The notes beneath the pieces were generated by a model. It was not told where the DNA came from and did not search any database. It saw only the letters and a program-made list of their open reading frames with translations. From assembly GCA_027063865.1 (NCBI GenBank), contig JAMOQT010000124.1:1-55731 (forward strand): a stretch of 55,731 nt of DNA, in the 5' to 3' direction. This document shows positions 21,574 to 30,894 of the stretch, one piece after another; the first letter of the stretch is position 1; the number at the start of each line of letters is the position of its first letter. The stretch comes from Nautiliaceae bacterium. GTDB taxonomy: Bacteria > Campylobacterota > Campylobacteria > Campylobacterales > Nautiliaceae. The translations under genes and the position numbers were made by a program.

Positions 21574-22536
21574 TTATTCCTCCTCAGGTATACAGATTTT
21601 TTGATTTTTTACGGCAATGTATGTCTTATATGCAACAAAGCCAACTAATAATGTTGTAAATGTCAATAAAAACAGTGACAGTGAATAAATCAATGTGTTG
21701 TGAGATGCGGAATACATTAATATTGTCGAAATAGTAAGCGCTGCCATAGGGAACGTGTATGCCCACCATGAAATGAAAAATTTTAGACTAATAAATTTTT
21801 TCATCATTGTTAAAAGCAATACGAAAATGAACAGCGCTATGAAATATAAAAACAGACTGCTAGTATCAATAAGTCCGAAAGTCAGTCTGAAATAACTGAT
21901 AAATCCGACTGCGGGCGGTGCTATAAGGATGAAAAACGTAGGGACCAGTCTTTGACCTACAGGATGGTGAAATATCATTCTGTAAATTACAATTGTAAAA
22001 AGCACAATCCAGAAAAATATTCCGATTGCATAGAAAAATATGCTAACTAGTGTGTTTTGCGCATCAAATCCCACTACCGGGACTAATACGTTACCTACAA
22101 CGGGAATAAACCACGCAGGGTTTATTTGATGGACTTCAAATTTATGTTCTAGCCAGTAATTCATTACTTTATAAGTAAAAAACAGATGAAGCGGTGCACC
22201 TATATACCATAAAGCAATAGATACGCTCGGAGCATAGTCGTAATATGCTATTGAAATCAGCAAAAAACTGATTGAAATAGCCGCACCAAAGGAACTTTTG
22301 ATAGGATGTGAAAATTCTTTGCTTACGGCTTTAGGGTATTTGATCCATTTTATAATGTAAGCAAAGAAAATAACGAAAAACATAGCCGTATCAATGAAAA
22401 GCAGTAGTTTGTAAATATACTCAAACGAATCGAGCTTTAAAAAATGCCAGGCTTTTGCAAATGCAATTGTAAGTCCCGAAAGACCCATAATTACCGCAAA
22501 AAGCTGAACAGGAAAAAATTGTAGGCTTCTTTGCAT
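21574..22536 (-). CDS. TDT/SLAC1 (TehA-like) anion channel
   Basis: FAVIMGLSG, NPAWFIPVVG, ILIAPPAVG, SWWAYTFP. Confidence 0.9.
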   Translation of the reverse strand: MQRSLQFFPVQLFAVIMGLSGLTIAFAKAWHFLKLDSFEYIYKLLLFIDTAMFFVIFFAYIIKWIKYPKAVSKEFSHPIKSSFGAAISISFLLISIAYYDYAPSVSIALWYIGAPLHLFFTYKVMNYWLEHKFEVHQINPAWFIPVVGNVLVPVVGFDAQNTLVSIFFYAIGIFFWIVLFTIVIYRMIFHHPVGQRLVPTFFILIAPPAVGFISYFRLTFGLIDTSSLFLYFIALFIFVLLLTMMKKFISLKFFISWWAYTFPMAALTISTILMYSASHNTLIYSLSLFLLTFTTLLVGFVAYKTYIAVKNQKICIPEEE

Positions 22537-22608
22537 TTTTAACCTCCGTGTAAATTTCGTTTGAATTGTATTGATATAACCTTAAATTATGCTTAATATA
22601 AGTAAAAA

Positions 22609-23346
22609 TTATAATACTCTAAAAAAACTGCTTCCGCTTCCTGTAAAAAAACCTTTATCTGTGTATTTATGTAAATCCGGATAAAGTGAGAGTGCGGGGC
22701 GGAATAAATCATTTAGTTCTGTAGGTGAATGTTTTTGTAGTAATTCTTTTGAATCGTATTTGTCAAAATCGGTCTCTTTTGGATTAAAAAACCTTTCTTT
22801 GTATTCTTTATAAACAGCTGGGGTAGAGCATTCTATAGGAGGGGTGAAAACTTCAATATTTAGTGGTTCTTCATCGTATTTTTCCACTATATCACCTCTG
22901 CCATATACATTGGCACTGTCGTAGTCATATATAAAAAAAGCAACGTCGCTTCCTATTTTTTTGCCTATTTCACAAAGCTTTTCGTTATCTAAATTCAGTC
23001 CACTTTCTTTATTTACAAGTCTTAAAAAAGCCGCAGCGTCGCTGCTTCCGCCTCCAAGTCCCGCCATTTCGGGAATGTTTTTGTGAATTTTAATCTCTTT
23101 TCCTATAAACCATTTTTTAATATCAGGATATTCTTTTGTAAGTTCGACATACGCCCTAAAAACTGTATTATCCCTTAATACGCAGTTTATGTCTCCGGTT
23201 ATATTGAATTTTTCGGCTTCAACTATTTCTATTTCATCATATAAGTTTTTAACCTTCATAAATCTTGATTTTATTAAATGATAATAACCGTCATGCCCGA
23301 CTATTTTTAAAAATATATTTACTTTAGCGTATGCTTTTATTTTCAT
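22609..23346 (-). CDS. ispE: 4-diphosphocytidyl-2-C-methyl-D-erythritol kinase
   Basis: AKVNIFL, PEMAGLGGGSSDAA, GSDVAFF, TGSGS. Confidence 0.95.
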   Translation of the reverse strand: MKIKAYAKVNIFLKIVGHDGYYHLIKSRFMKVKNLYDEIEIVEAEKFNITGDINCVLRDNTVFRAYVELTKEYPDIKKWFIGKEIKIHKNIPEMAGLGGGSSDAAAFLRLVNKESGLNLDNEKLCEIGKKIGSDVAFFIYDYDSANVYGRGDIVEKYDEEPLNIEVFTPPIECSTPAVYKEYKERFFNPKETDFDKYDSKELLQKHSPTELNDLFRPALSLYPDLHKYTDKGFFTGSGSSFFRVL

Positions 23347-23364
23347 CAGTTTCCTTTCATGATT

Positions 23365-23431
23365 AAGCTGAAAGCTAATAAATATTAAATTTTATACCAA
23401 TTTTGCTTTAAGCTTTTAGCTTTGAGCTTTT
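23365..23431. repeat. Inverted pair of AAGCTNA / TNAGCTT heptamer arrays
   Basis: AAGCTGA AAGCTAA ... TTTTGCTTTAAGCTTTTAGCTTTGAGCTTT. Confidence 0.75.
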
Positions 23432-23657
23432 ATTTAAACATTCCCGATATATCTTTTATAGCTTCTAAATCAATCTCTTTTGCCGCTTTTTTATTCTCTT
23501 GTGTAATTTGCTCAATTAGTTCGCTTCTTAAAATAGTAATGTCCCTCGGAGCGTCTATCCCGATTTTAACCTGGTTTTTGTCAATGGAAATTATTGTTAT
23601 TTCTATATTATCGCCGATTTTTATTTTTTCGTTTATCTTCCTTGATATAACTAACAT
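23430..23657 (-). CDS. csrA: Carbon storage regulator
   Basis: [16 protein letters not shown]...[17 protein letters not shown]. Confidence 0.96.
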   Translation of the reverse strand: MLVISRKINEKIKIGDNIEITIISIDKNQVKIGIDAPRDITILRSELIEQITQENKKAAKEIDLEAIKDISGMFK

Positions 23658-24604
23658 AGCTCAATCCTGTTTAAGATGTATTTTACTTCCTCGTTTATTT
23701 CTATAATAGCAAAATATTTATCGTATTTTACATAATATGTTCCGTTTTTTTTAATTTCGAAGTCATTTATATTTAATTTTTTACCCAAAATCAGATTTTC
23801 CGGGTCTTTTAAATAAAAATTTTCTTCCATATCCAGATAATCAAGAGGATTTAAAATCTTTTCACATTCATAATGAAATTTTCCTTCATTTACCCTTTCA
23901 AGATACGTTAAAGCTCCGTTTACCCCTAATTTTTGCGCGATGTCAAATCCTAAACTCCTTATATACGTCCCTTCACTCACACTTGCCTTAAACGTAATAA
24001 ACGGATGGGAGTAGTTAATTAATTCAATATCAAATATTTCTATATCAATCTCTTTTTCCAAATAAACGTTTTCATTTTCCATTGTCCATTGTCTATTTTC
24101 CATTAAATTATACGCCCTTTGTCCGTTTATTTTTTTTGCACTGTATTTTGGTGGAAGCTGTTTTTGTTTTCCTGAAAAGTTTTTTAAAATGTCAGTTATT
24201 TGTTCTTTTGAGAAACTGGCGGTATTTTCAATTTTTTCAATTTTTTCTATATCGAGGGTAGGGGAATATGCTCCAAGCATCAGTGTTGCAATATAAGTTT
24301 TAGGTGTTTTTTTTAAAAATCTGAATAGTTTAGTATATTGTCCGGATGCAATTATCAGACATCCGCACGCAAACGGGTCAAGCGTCCCGGAAAATCCCAT
24401 TTTTTTTATTCCGTATTTTCTTTTTAATTGATTAAGAAATTTATTTGAACTTATATACATAGGTTTATTTGCAACGAATAATAAATTAAGTTGTGAAGTT
24501 GTGAAGTTGTGAAGTTGTGAAGGTGCATTGTTGTGAAGTTGTGAAGTTGTGAAGTTGTGAAGTTGTGAAGGTGCATTGTTGTGAAGTTGTGAAGGTTTAA
24601 ACAT
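23651..24604 (-). CDS. truB: tRNA pseudouridine55 synthase with repeat-encoded N-terminal extension
   Basis: [28 protein letters not shown]; the first ~39 codons are the 8-mer array. Confidence 0.93.
   Translation of the reverse strand: MFKPSQLHNNAPSQLHNFTTSQLHNNAPSQLHNFTTSQLNLLFVANKPMYISSNKFLNQLKRKYGIKKMGFSGTLDPFACGCLIIASGQYTKLFRFLKKTPKTYIATLMLGAYSPTLDIEKIEKIENTASFSKEQITDILKNFSGKQKQLPPKYSAKKINGQRAYNLMENRQWTMENENVYLEKEIDIEIFDIELINYSHPFITFKASVSEGTYIRSLGFDIAQKLGVNGALTYLERVNEGKFHYECEKILNPLDYLDMEENFYLKDPENLILGKKLNINDFEIKKNGTYYVKYDKYFAIIEINEEVKYILNRIELC
24069..24103 (-). repeat. In-frame heptamer array (ATGGAAA/ATGGACA-like x5) inside truB
   Basis: Encodes [12 protein letters not shown] directly after GQRAYNL. 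Confidence 0.8.
24488..24599 (+). repeat. Left arm: 14 units of the 8-mer AAGTTGTG, with a perfect 48-bp higher-order duplication
   Basis: 24488-24535 = 24536-24583; abuts the four-helix-bundle stop codon. Confidence 0.95.
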
Positions 24605-24950
24605 TATCTTTCCTATTAGATATTAATGAATTAAGCATTTTTTCAATTTCAGTCAATAAATTGTCTATTTTTGTATATTCTCCTTGAAAATTTAGCATTT
24701 TTGCAATTTCAATTTGAGTTTGCAATTCATATGTAGATCCTAAAGCAATTTGTAAAAAATGTATAAATTCTTTTTTAGAATTTCTACCTCTACCTTCTGC
24801 AATATTACTTGGGATGGAAATTGCACTTCTTTTTATTTGTGAGGTTAAACCATAAATTTCATTTTCAGGAAAATTATTGCATAATTTATAAATTTCTTTA
24901 ATTAAATTCATAGATTTTTGCCAGACAATTAAATTTTTATATGTAGCCAT
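24597..24950 (-). CDS. Four-helix-bundle protein (23S rRNA IVP / TIGR02436 / Avd-like family)
   Basis: YKNLIVWQKS, FPENEIYGLTSQIKRSAISIPSNIAEG, FIHFLQIALGSTYELQTQ. Confidence 0.93.
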   Translation of the reverse strand: MATYKNLIVWQKSMNLIKEIYKLCNNFPENEIYGLTSQIKRSAISIPSNIAEGRGRNSKKEFIHFLQIALGSTYELQTQIEIAKMLNFQGEYTKIDNLLTEIEKMLNSLISNRKDNV

Positions 24951-24961
24951 TCTTTCTCCTT

Positions 24962-25009
24962 CACAACTTACCTACTTCACAACTTAGCCACTTCACAACT
25001 TACCTACTT
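24962..25009 (-). repeat. Right arm: 6 units of AAGTTGTG/AAGTAGGT, inverted relative to the left arm
   Basis: + strand reads CACAACTT ACCTACTT CACAACTT AGCCACTT CACAACTT ACCTACTT; fills the gap from the uvrD stop to the FHB SD. Confidence 0.95.
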
Positions 25010-25011
25010 AT

Positions 25012-27009
25012 TTACGCTCTTTCCACAAAATCGCTTAAAATTTCCCTCACATTATGACCGAAATCAATTTTCAGTTTTGTTTTATTACCGGCTTTGTTGA
25101 TGCCGAGAATCCTTCCTGTTCCGAATACTTTGTGTTTGACAAGTCCTCCGACTTTAAACATCCCGCCGCTTGGCGCTTCTTTTAAATTAACCCTCTCACC
25201 TTTAATTAGTCCGGCTTCAGTTAAGAATCTGCTTTTTGAAACCATGCTTCTTTTACCTCTTATGTATCTGCTCTGAACGTATGAGAGGGTGAGTTCTTTT
25301 TTTGCCCTTGTAATTGCGACGTAAGCAAGTCGTCTTTCTTCTTCGATATCCGCTTCGTTTAAAGGGAAAAAGCCTTCTTCCATTCCAATTACGAAAAGAT
25401 GTTCGAATTCAAGTCCCTTGCTTGCGTGTATAGTCATTACGTTTATCATTTCATCAGTGATTTTGTCCTGATCGCTTTCAAGTGAGAGCTCGTTTAAAAA
25501 CTCCCTAAGAGTTAAATCTTTTTTTTCTCTCATCATACCGTAAAATTCTTCAACGTTTCTTTTTTTGTCTTCATCTTTGTAACTGGTGCTAAGCTCAATC
25601 GTTTTTTCAATGGCTTCGGGAAGTTCTTCAATAGGAAGAGAGCTTAAAAACTCTACTGTTTTTTCAAAATCTTTAAGTGTTTTGGCCGCTTTTTTACTTA
25701 AAAACGATAAATCGTTTTCTTTTATAAATTCAAGAAAAGATTTTTCCCCTTTTGTTTCTTCAAGTTTTGTAATCGTTGTTTTACCTATTCCCCTTTTTGG
25801 TTTGTTTACGATTCTTTTAAACGAATAATCGTCATTTGGATTGACAAATATTCTTAAATAACTTATCAGATCCTTTATTTCTTCCCTTTCGTAAAATCTC
25901 ATACCCCCAACTAGTTTATAGGTAATGCCGTACGACCTTAGTCCGTCTTCAATTGAGCGTGAAAGAGCGTTTATTCTGTAAAGAACGGCTATTTCTTTAG
26001 GATTTACGCCGCTATTTATTAAATTTTTAATTTTTTTTGCAATTGCCTCGGCTTCTGCAACTTCGTTATAACTTTTTAAAAGTTCGATTTCTTTCCCGTC
26101 TCCTATGGCTGAGCGCAATTTTTTGTTATATCTTTGTTTATTGAAACTGATTAGGGAATTTGCGGCTTTTAAAATCTGATTGGTGGAGCGGTAGTTGGTT
26201 TCAAGTTTAATGACTTTTGCGTTAAAGTCTTTTTCAAAATTGAGTATGTTTTTGTGATTAGCACCTCTGAATCCATAAATTGACTGGTCATCATCACCTA
26301 CAACACAGATGTTGTTGTGTGTGCGGCAGAGCTTTTTTAAAAGTAGTAATTGTATTTCATTGGTGTCCTGATATTCGTCAACCATAATATATTGGTATTT
26401 ATTTGAAATTTCCCTGCATAAATCGTCGTTTTCATTTAATATGGTATAAGTCAAAAGCAATAAATCGTCAAAATCCACTAGATTGTTTTCTATAAGATAT
26501 TTCTGGTATTTGTCGTATATGTGGGCTAATTTTTTATAGGTTGTGTCTTTTGCAAGCGAAAACACCTCATCCGCATTTAAAAAAGAGTTTTTATATTTGC
26601 TTATTTCCTTGCTTACAAATGACAACGGCAGGTCTGTAGATATGGATTTTAATATTTTTTTCTGGTCATCACTGTCAATAATTACAAACGTGTTTTTTCT
26701 CCCGATTAGATGAATATACAGTTTTAAAAACATAAGCCCGAATTTATGGAATGTACTAAGAAGAGGCGGATGTGCGGTATTGTTGTTTATCATTTTAAGG
26801 GCACGTTCGCGCATTTCGCTTGCAGCTTTGTTTGTAAATGTAAGGGTGAGTGTATTTGCCGGGTCTATTCCGAGGCTCAATAAATATGCAAGTCTTGTTG
26901 TAATTGTTTTTGTTTTTCCGCTTCCGGCACCAGCTAATATTAAAAGCGCATCGTCAATATGCGTTGCGGCTTTTTTTTGTGCTTCGTTTAATTCATTTAA
27001 AAAATCCAT
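25012..27009 (-). CDS. uvrD: UvrD/PcrA/Rep family DNA helicase
   Basis: AGAGSGKT, VDEYQDTN, VGDDDQSIY, NYRS, TIHASKGLEF, YVAITRA. Confidence 0.95.
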   Translation of the reverse strand: MDFLNELNEAQKKAATHIDDALLILAGAGSGKTKTITTRLAYLLSLGIDPANTLTLTFTNKAASEMRERALKMINNNTAHPPLLSTFHKFGLMFLKLYIHLIGRKNTFVIIDSDDQKKILKSISTDLPLSFVSKEISKYKNSFLNADEVFSLAKDTTYKKLAHIYDKYQKYLIENNLVDFDDLLLLTYTILNENDDLCREISNKYQYIMVDEYQDTNEIQLLLLKKLCRTHNNICVVGDDDQSIYGFRGANHKNILNFEKDFNAKVIKLETNYRSTNQILKAANSLISFNKQRYNKKLRSAIGDGKEIELLKSYNEVAEAEAIAKKIKNLINSGVNPKEIAVLYRINALSRSIEDGLRSYGITYKLVGGMRFYEREEIKDLISYLRIFVNPNDDYSFKRIVNKPKRGIGKTTITKLEETKGEKSFLEFIKENDLSFLSKKAAKTLKDFEKTVEFLSSLPIEELPEAIEKTIELSTSYKDEDKKRNVEEFYGMMREKKDLTLREFLNELSLESDQDKITDEMINVMTIHASKGLEFEHLFVIGMEEGFFPLNEADIEEERRLAYVAITRAKKELTLSYVQSRYIRGKRSMVSKSRFLTEAGLIKGERVNLKEAPSGGMFKVGGLVKHKVFGTGRILGINKAGNKTKLKIDFGHNVREILSDFVERA

Positions 27010-27051
27010 TTTTCCGCTTTTTTATATTTATTATATCAAAAAAACAATTCC

Positions 27052-27093
27052 CCTTCAACCTTCTCCCTTCAACCTTTAACCTTCCACCTTCCT
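27052..27093 (-). repeat. Heptamer array TTGAAGG-like x6
   Basis: + strand CCTTCAA CCTTCTC CCTTCAA CCTTTAA CCTTCCA CCTTCCT; between the divergent uvrD and LysR promoters. Confidence 0.85.
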
Positions 27094-27165
27094 TTTACCT
27101 CTCCCTATTTGATTTATTATAATTTTTAGTTATAATTCTCATCAATAAAATTTAAGAGGAGAGAA

Positions 27166-28035
27166 ATGGTAATTAAATACCTAGATAAAATTTATACATT
27201 TTTAGTAATTAATCGTGAGAGTAGTTTTTCTAAAGCCAGTAAGGCACTTGGCATTTCCCAGCCTGCCGTAACACAGCAGATAAGGATTTTGGAAGATTTT
27301 TTGGGAGTAAGTCTGTTTGAACGGAAAAAAAACGGGGTAATTCTTACAAAAGAAGGGCAGACGTTTTTAATTTACGCAAAAGAGTTTGAGAAATTTCTAA
27401 ACGGATTTGAAAAAAAACTTGAAGAATTCAGAAATGCCGATACTCCGTTTTTAATAGGCGCGAGTCCCACCGTCGGTAATTATAACTTGCCTGAATGCAT
27501 AAAATATTATAAAAGCCTGATTAACCGTGAAATAAATTTAGTAATAAAAAACAACGATGCCCTTTTTGAAGATGTTGAAAAAAAAGCCGTGGATATGGCT
27601 TTTGTTACTAAAAAGAAAAATAACAAACTTAATTACGTAGAGTGGATAGAAGACGAGCTGGTCGTGTTTTCCAATAAACCTCTTCCTCCGAGTATTGAAC
27701 TTAAAGATTTAAAAAACTATAAAATGATATGCCGTGAACCGGATTCTTCAACGAGGGATTTTATCAAAAAAGTGTTTGATGAATATGAATTTGCTTGTGA
27801 TATGTTAAACGTTATAAGTGTTGTCCATAACTCTACGGCTCTTAAATATACGGTTATGAGTTCAAACGAACAGGTTGTTTCCATTATTTCTAAAATAGTA
27901 ATTAAAGATGAACTTCGCGAAAAGAAACTTTTTATGTCTAAAATTAAGGGAATGAATCTTAAAAGAAAAACCTACATTGTGTATAAAGAAAAAAACAAAG
28001 ACATAGAAGCTATTTTGAATTTTATTAAAAGCTAA
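27166..28035 (+). CDS. LysR-family transcriptional regulator
   Basis: SSFSKASKALGISQPAVTQQIRILED HTH; CysL-like substrate domain (REPDSSTR). Confidence 0.93.
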   Translation: MVIKYLDKIYTFLVINRESSFSKASKALGISQPAVTQQIRILEDFLGVSLFERKKNGVILTKEGQTFLIYAKEFEKFLNGFEKKLEEFRNADTPFLIGASPTVGNYNLPECIKYYKSLINREINLVIKNNDALFEDVEKKAVDMAFVTKKKNNKLNYVEWIEDELVVFSNKPLPPSIELKDLKNYKMICREPDSSTRDFIKKVFDEYEFACDMLNVISVVHNSTALKYTVMSSNEQVVSIISKIVIKDELREKKLFMSKIKGMNLKRKTYIVYKEKNKDIEAILNFIKS

Positions 28036-28062
28036 TCGCAGAGATTAGCGGGGTTGTACTGA

Positions 28063-28479
28063 TTATTCTTTTATAAATTTTCTGTTTCTCGGATTTATTG
28101 CAAAAGGGTTTTTCGGTTTTTCTTCTTTTGGCAGGGTGGCGGCGGCATTTATAAAAAGCGGCACTTCATCCTGTGTTATTTGAATAATGTTTTCAATAGG
28201 CACTGTTACAACACTTCCGATGTTTTCTTCGCCAAATCCGGCTTCAAAAATGAAATTGTTATCGATAATATGTGCGCTTTGCAATGTATAGTTGGCTATA
28301 GCAAAAACAATAATATCCGTAAATTGCTTTGTTATATGCTCCGGGAGGGGAGGATTGAAATTAATTGCAGGCATATGAGCCAAAATCGAAAAAGGCTCAT
28401 CCCTTTCAAGAAGAATTGTTAAAATTTCTTTAGCATGTATGGTTTTTAATTCTCTAAAATAAGGTAGATTTATTATCAT
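28063..28479 (-). CDS. Conserved hypothetical protein
   Basis: FNPPLP...FEAGFGEENIGSVVTVP; downstream of pepF as in Campylobacter. Confidence 0.7.
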   Translation of the reverse strand: MIINLPYFRELKTIHAKEILTILLERDEPFSILAHMPAINFNPPLPEHITKQFTDIIVFAIANYTLQSAHIIDNNFIFEAGFGEENIGSVVTVPIENIIQITQDEVPLFINAAATLPKEEKPKNPFAINPRNRKFIKE

Positions 28480-30202
28480 ATTTTTCCTTTAACTGTTTGA
28501 ATTCGTTTAATATATCTTTAACCGCATCAATTCCCTGTTTCCAGAAATTTTCATCTTCAATGTTAACGCCGAATATTTCCAGCTGTTTTTTAGGTGGTAT
28601 GCTTCCGCCTTGAGCTAAAAATGTGACATACTTTTCTTCAAAATTTTCAAATCCGTTTTTGTAAAGTTTATATAACGTCAATACCAAAAGCTGTGCGTAT
28701 GAATATGAATAACAGTAAAACGGTGAATGTATAAAGTGAGGTATATAACTCCACCAAATCTCGTAGTTTTGTGTAAGAATTACACTTTCACCGAACATTT
28801 TTTTATTTTCTTCCATCCAGATTTTATTGTAATCCTGAGGTTTTAGCTCATCTGCTGCGTGAACTCTTCTTTCAAAATTGGTAAATACTATCTGTCTGAA
28901 AAGTGTTGCGAAAATATCTTCAAGTTTGCCCGCATAAATTTCAATCAGCTCTTCTTTCGGAAGTGATTTTTTAAGCTCTTCAAACAAAAGCATTTCCGCA
29001 AAAATACTTGCGGTTTCGGCAGTTGTTAAAGGTGTATCCTGATTAAGATACCCGACGTCTTTTGCAAGATACTGGTGTATTGCGTGACCGAGTTCGTGTG
29101 CGAGGGTAAAAACATCCCTTCTTTGATTGGTGTAATTAAGTAAAACGTATGGATGCGCCGCAGGAGTTGCCGAATGTGAAAAAGCTCCTCCTCTTTTTCC
29201 TTCTTTAGGGTATACGTCTATCCATTTTTCGTCAAACGCTTTTTTTGCAATTTCATAAAAGGTATCTGAGAAATTTTTAAATGCCTTAAGTACCGTTTCT
29301 TTTGCTTCTTCAAACGGAATTTCGGGATTTTTGTCCGTTATTTTAATTGGGGCGTATCTGTCGTAGTCATACAGTTTTTCATATCCTAAGAGTTCTTTTT
29401 TGATATTATAATATTCTTCAACCAAAGAGGTGTTTTCGTTTACGGTGTTTACTAACGCGTCAACGCTTTTTTTTGTAACTTTGTTGCTGAGATGTCTTGG
29501 GGCTTCTACGTTATCGTATCCTCTTATGTCAATAAAATCGATTTTCCAGTCTTTTTTTATCTGATTGTATATGTAGGCAAACAGTTCCTGATGAGGTTTA
29601 AGTCCGAGGGTTAGGGAGATTTGTGCTTTTTTTCTTTCATTCCTGTTAGGTGAATAAAGTTTGCTTAGTACCTCTTCTTCGCTTAATTTTTCGCCTTTAT
29701 AGAAAAATTTAAGTCTGCTTATGTGCTCATCAAACAGTCTGCTGAATGCACTGCCGCTTGTTAGGTCTTTTTTCATTAATATTTTTTCTTCTTTTTCACT
29801 GAGTTTATATGGTGCTTCTTCTTGAAGATGAATTAAATAATATTTATAAATCCCTGCATTGTCTATGAATTTTTGCTGTTTATCAATAGGCAGATAAATA
29901 AATTCAAGCTCAAACCATATTAAATGCTCTTCTGCTTTGTTTGCAATTTCATGGAATTTTGCCAAATGGCTTCCTTTGGTGGTGTCGGTGGCAAATTCCA
30001 GATATACGTAAGTTAAACTTCTTCCTATATTTTCCCAAATTTCTTCGTATTCTTTTAAAACGTTTAAAAATTCCTCAGGCGTTAGTGTATATAGTCTGTT
30101 TTTGTAGTTTTTTTCAAATTCAATTGCTTTAAACTGAGCCTGTTTTAAAAATTCTTCGGCTTCGTTTAAAGATGAAAAAAGTGCGGTTAAATCCCACTTC
30201 AT
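28454..30202 (-). CDS. pepF: Oligoendopeptidase F (M3B)
   Basis: MKWDL, GKRGGAF, HELGH, AETAS, IPHF...FYCYSY. Confidence 0.92.
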   Translation of the reverse strand: MKWDLTALFSSLNEAEEFLKQAQFKAIEFEKNYKNRLYTLTPEEFLNVLKEYEEIWENIGRSLTYVYLEFATDTTKGSHLAKFHEIANKAEEHLIWFELEFIYLPIDKQQKFIDNAGIYKYYLIHLQEEAPYKLSEKEEKILMKKDLTSGSAFSRLFDEHISRLKFFYKGEKLSEEEVLSKLYSPNRNERKKAQISLTLGLKPHQELFAYIYNQIKKDWKIDFIDIRGYDNVEAPRHLSNKVTKKSVDALVNTVNENTSLVEEYYNIKKELLGYEKLYDYDRYAPIKITDKNPEIPFEEAKETVLKAFKNFSDTFYEIAKKAFDEKWIDVYPKEGKRGGAFSHSATPAAHPYVLLNYTNQRRDVFTLAHELGHAIHQYLAKDVGYLNQDTPLTTAETASIFAEMLLFEELKKSLPKEELIEIYAGKLEDIFATLFRQIVFTNFERRVHAADELKPQDYNKIWMEENKKMFGESVILTQNYEIWWSYIPHFIHSPFYCYSYSYAQLLVLTLYKLYKNGFENFEEKYVTFLAQGGSIPPKKQLEIFGVNIEDENFWKQGIDAVKDILNEFKQLKEKYDNKSTLF

Positions 30203-30234
30203 AAGCGTCCTTTTTTAAAATAAATTTTAACATA

Positions 30235-30801
30235 TTAAAATGATTTTATTGTAATATTTTTCATTTCAATTACGTAAAATCCTATAATTGCATTAATCAT
30301 AGCAAATTTTTCGTAATTTTTAATTTCTTCAACCTTAATTTCTTTTTCCGTTAAAAAACCTTTATCAATAAGCTCTTGTCTTTTTGTGCCTTTTAACAGC
30401 GGAGTTTTTGGAGTATACCATTTTTTGCCGTCAAAAAAGGCTAAGTTTGAAATTGTTGTATCCGTTACAAGGTTGTTTTTAATTATTATCACTTCATCAA
30501 AACCCGGTTGTTTTAATGCATTCAACGCTCTTCTGTCTTCAAATTTATATGAATAGTCTATGTCCGATTCGACAATTTTGAATGTATTGAATTTTCTTTT
30601 TATAATATCAAAATATTCTATTTTTTCTATTTCTTTTGAATAGGTTACTCTGACTCTTTTATTGGGTATGATTTTGATATATTCGGATAAATCTAATGGC
30701 GGGAGTTTAAAAAAATCGTATCTTGTTTTGTTCATTCTGTTGTTGTGATATTCGAGATTTTCGATTTTGTCTGTAATTAAAAGCGTTTCAATAAATTTCA
30801 T
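30235..30801 (-). CDS. Aminotransferase class IV (PabC-like aminodeoxychorismate lyase)
   Basis: FIETL...YHNNRM, DTTISNLAF, LLKGTKRQ. Confidence 0.78.
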   Translation of the reverse strand: MKFIETLLITDKIENLEYHNNRMNKTRYDFFKLPPLDLSEYIKIIPNKRVRVTYSKEIEKIEYFDIIKRKFNTFKIVESDIDYSYKFEDRRALNALKQPGFDEVIIIKNNLVTDTTISNLAFFDGKKWYTPKTPLLKGTKRQELIDKGFLTEKEIKVEEIKNYEKFAMINAIIGFYVIEMKNITIKSF

Positions 30802-30894
30802 ATATTTCCCTATTGATTAAAATTTATACAGTTTTTTTTAATTAATACATCCTAAATTGGTTATAATTATTTCAAATTTTTAAAAGGAGTGCAA

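Noticed and set aside
24488-24599. CRISPR array
   Set aside because: Contiguous 8-bp units with no unique spacers; no cas genes in the window.
24597-24950. Diversity-generating retroelement or 23S rRNA intervening sequence proper
   Set aside because: No reverse transcriptase, no TR/VR pair and no rRNA sequence in the window; only the protein family resemblance holds.
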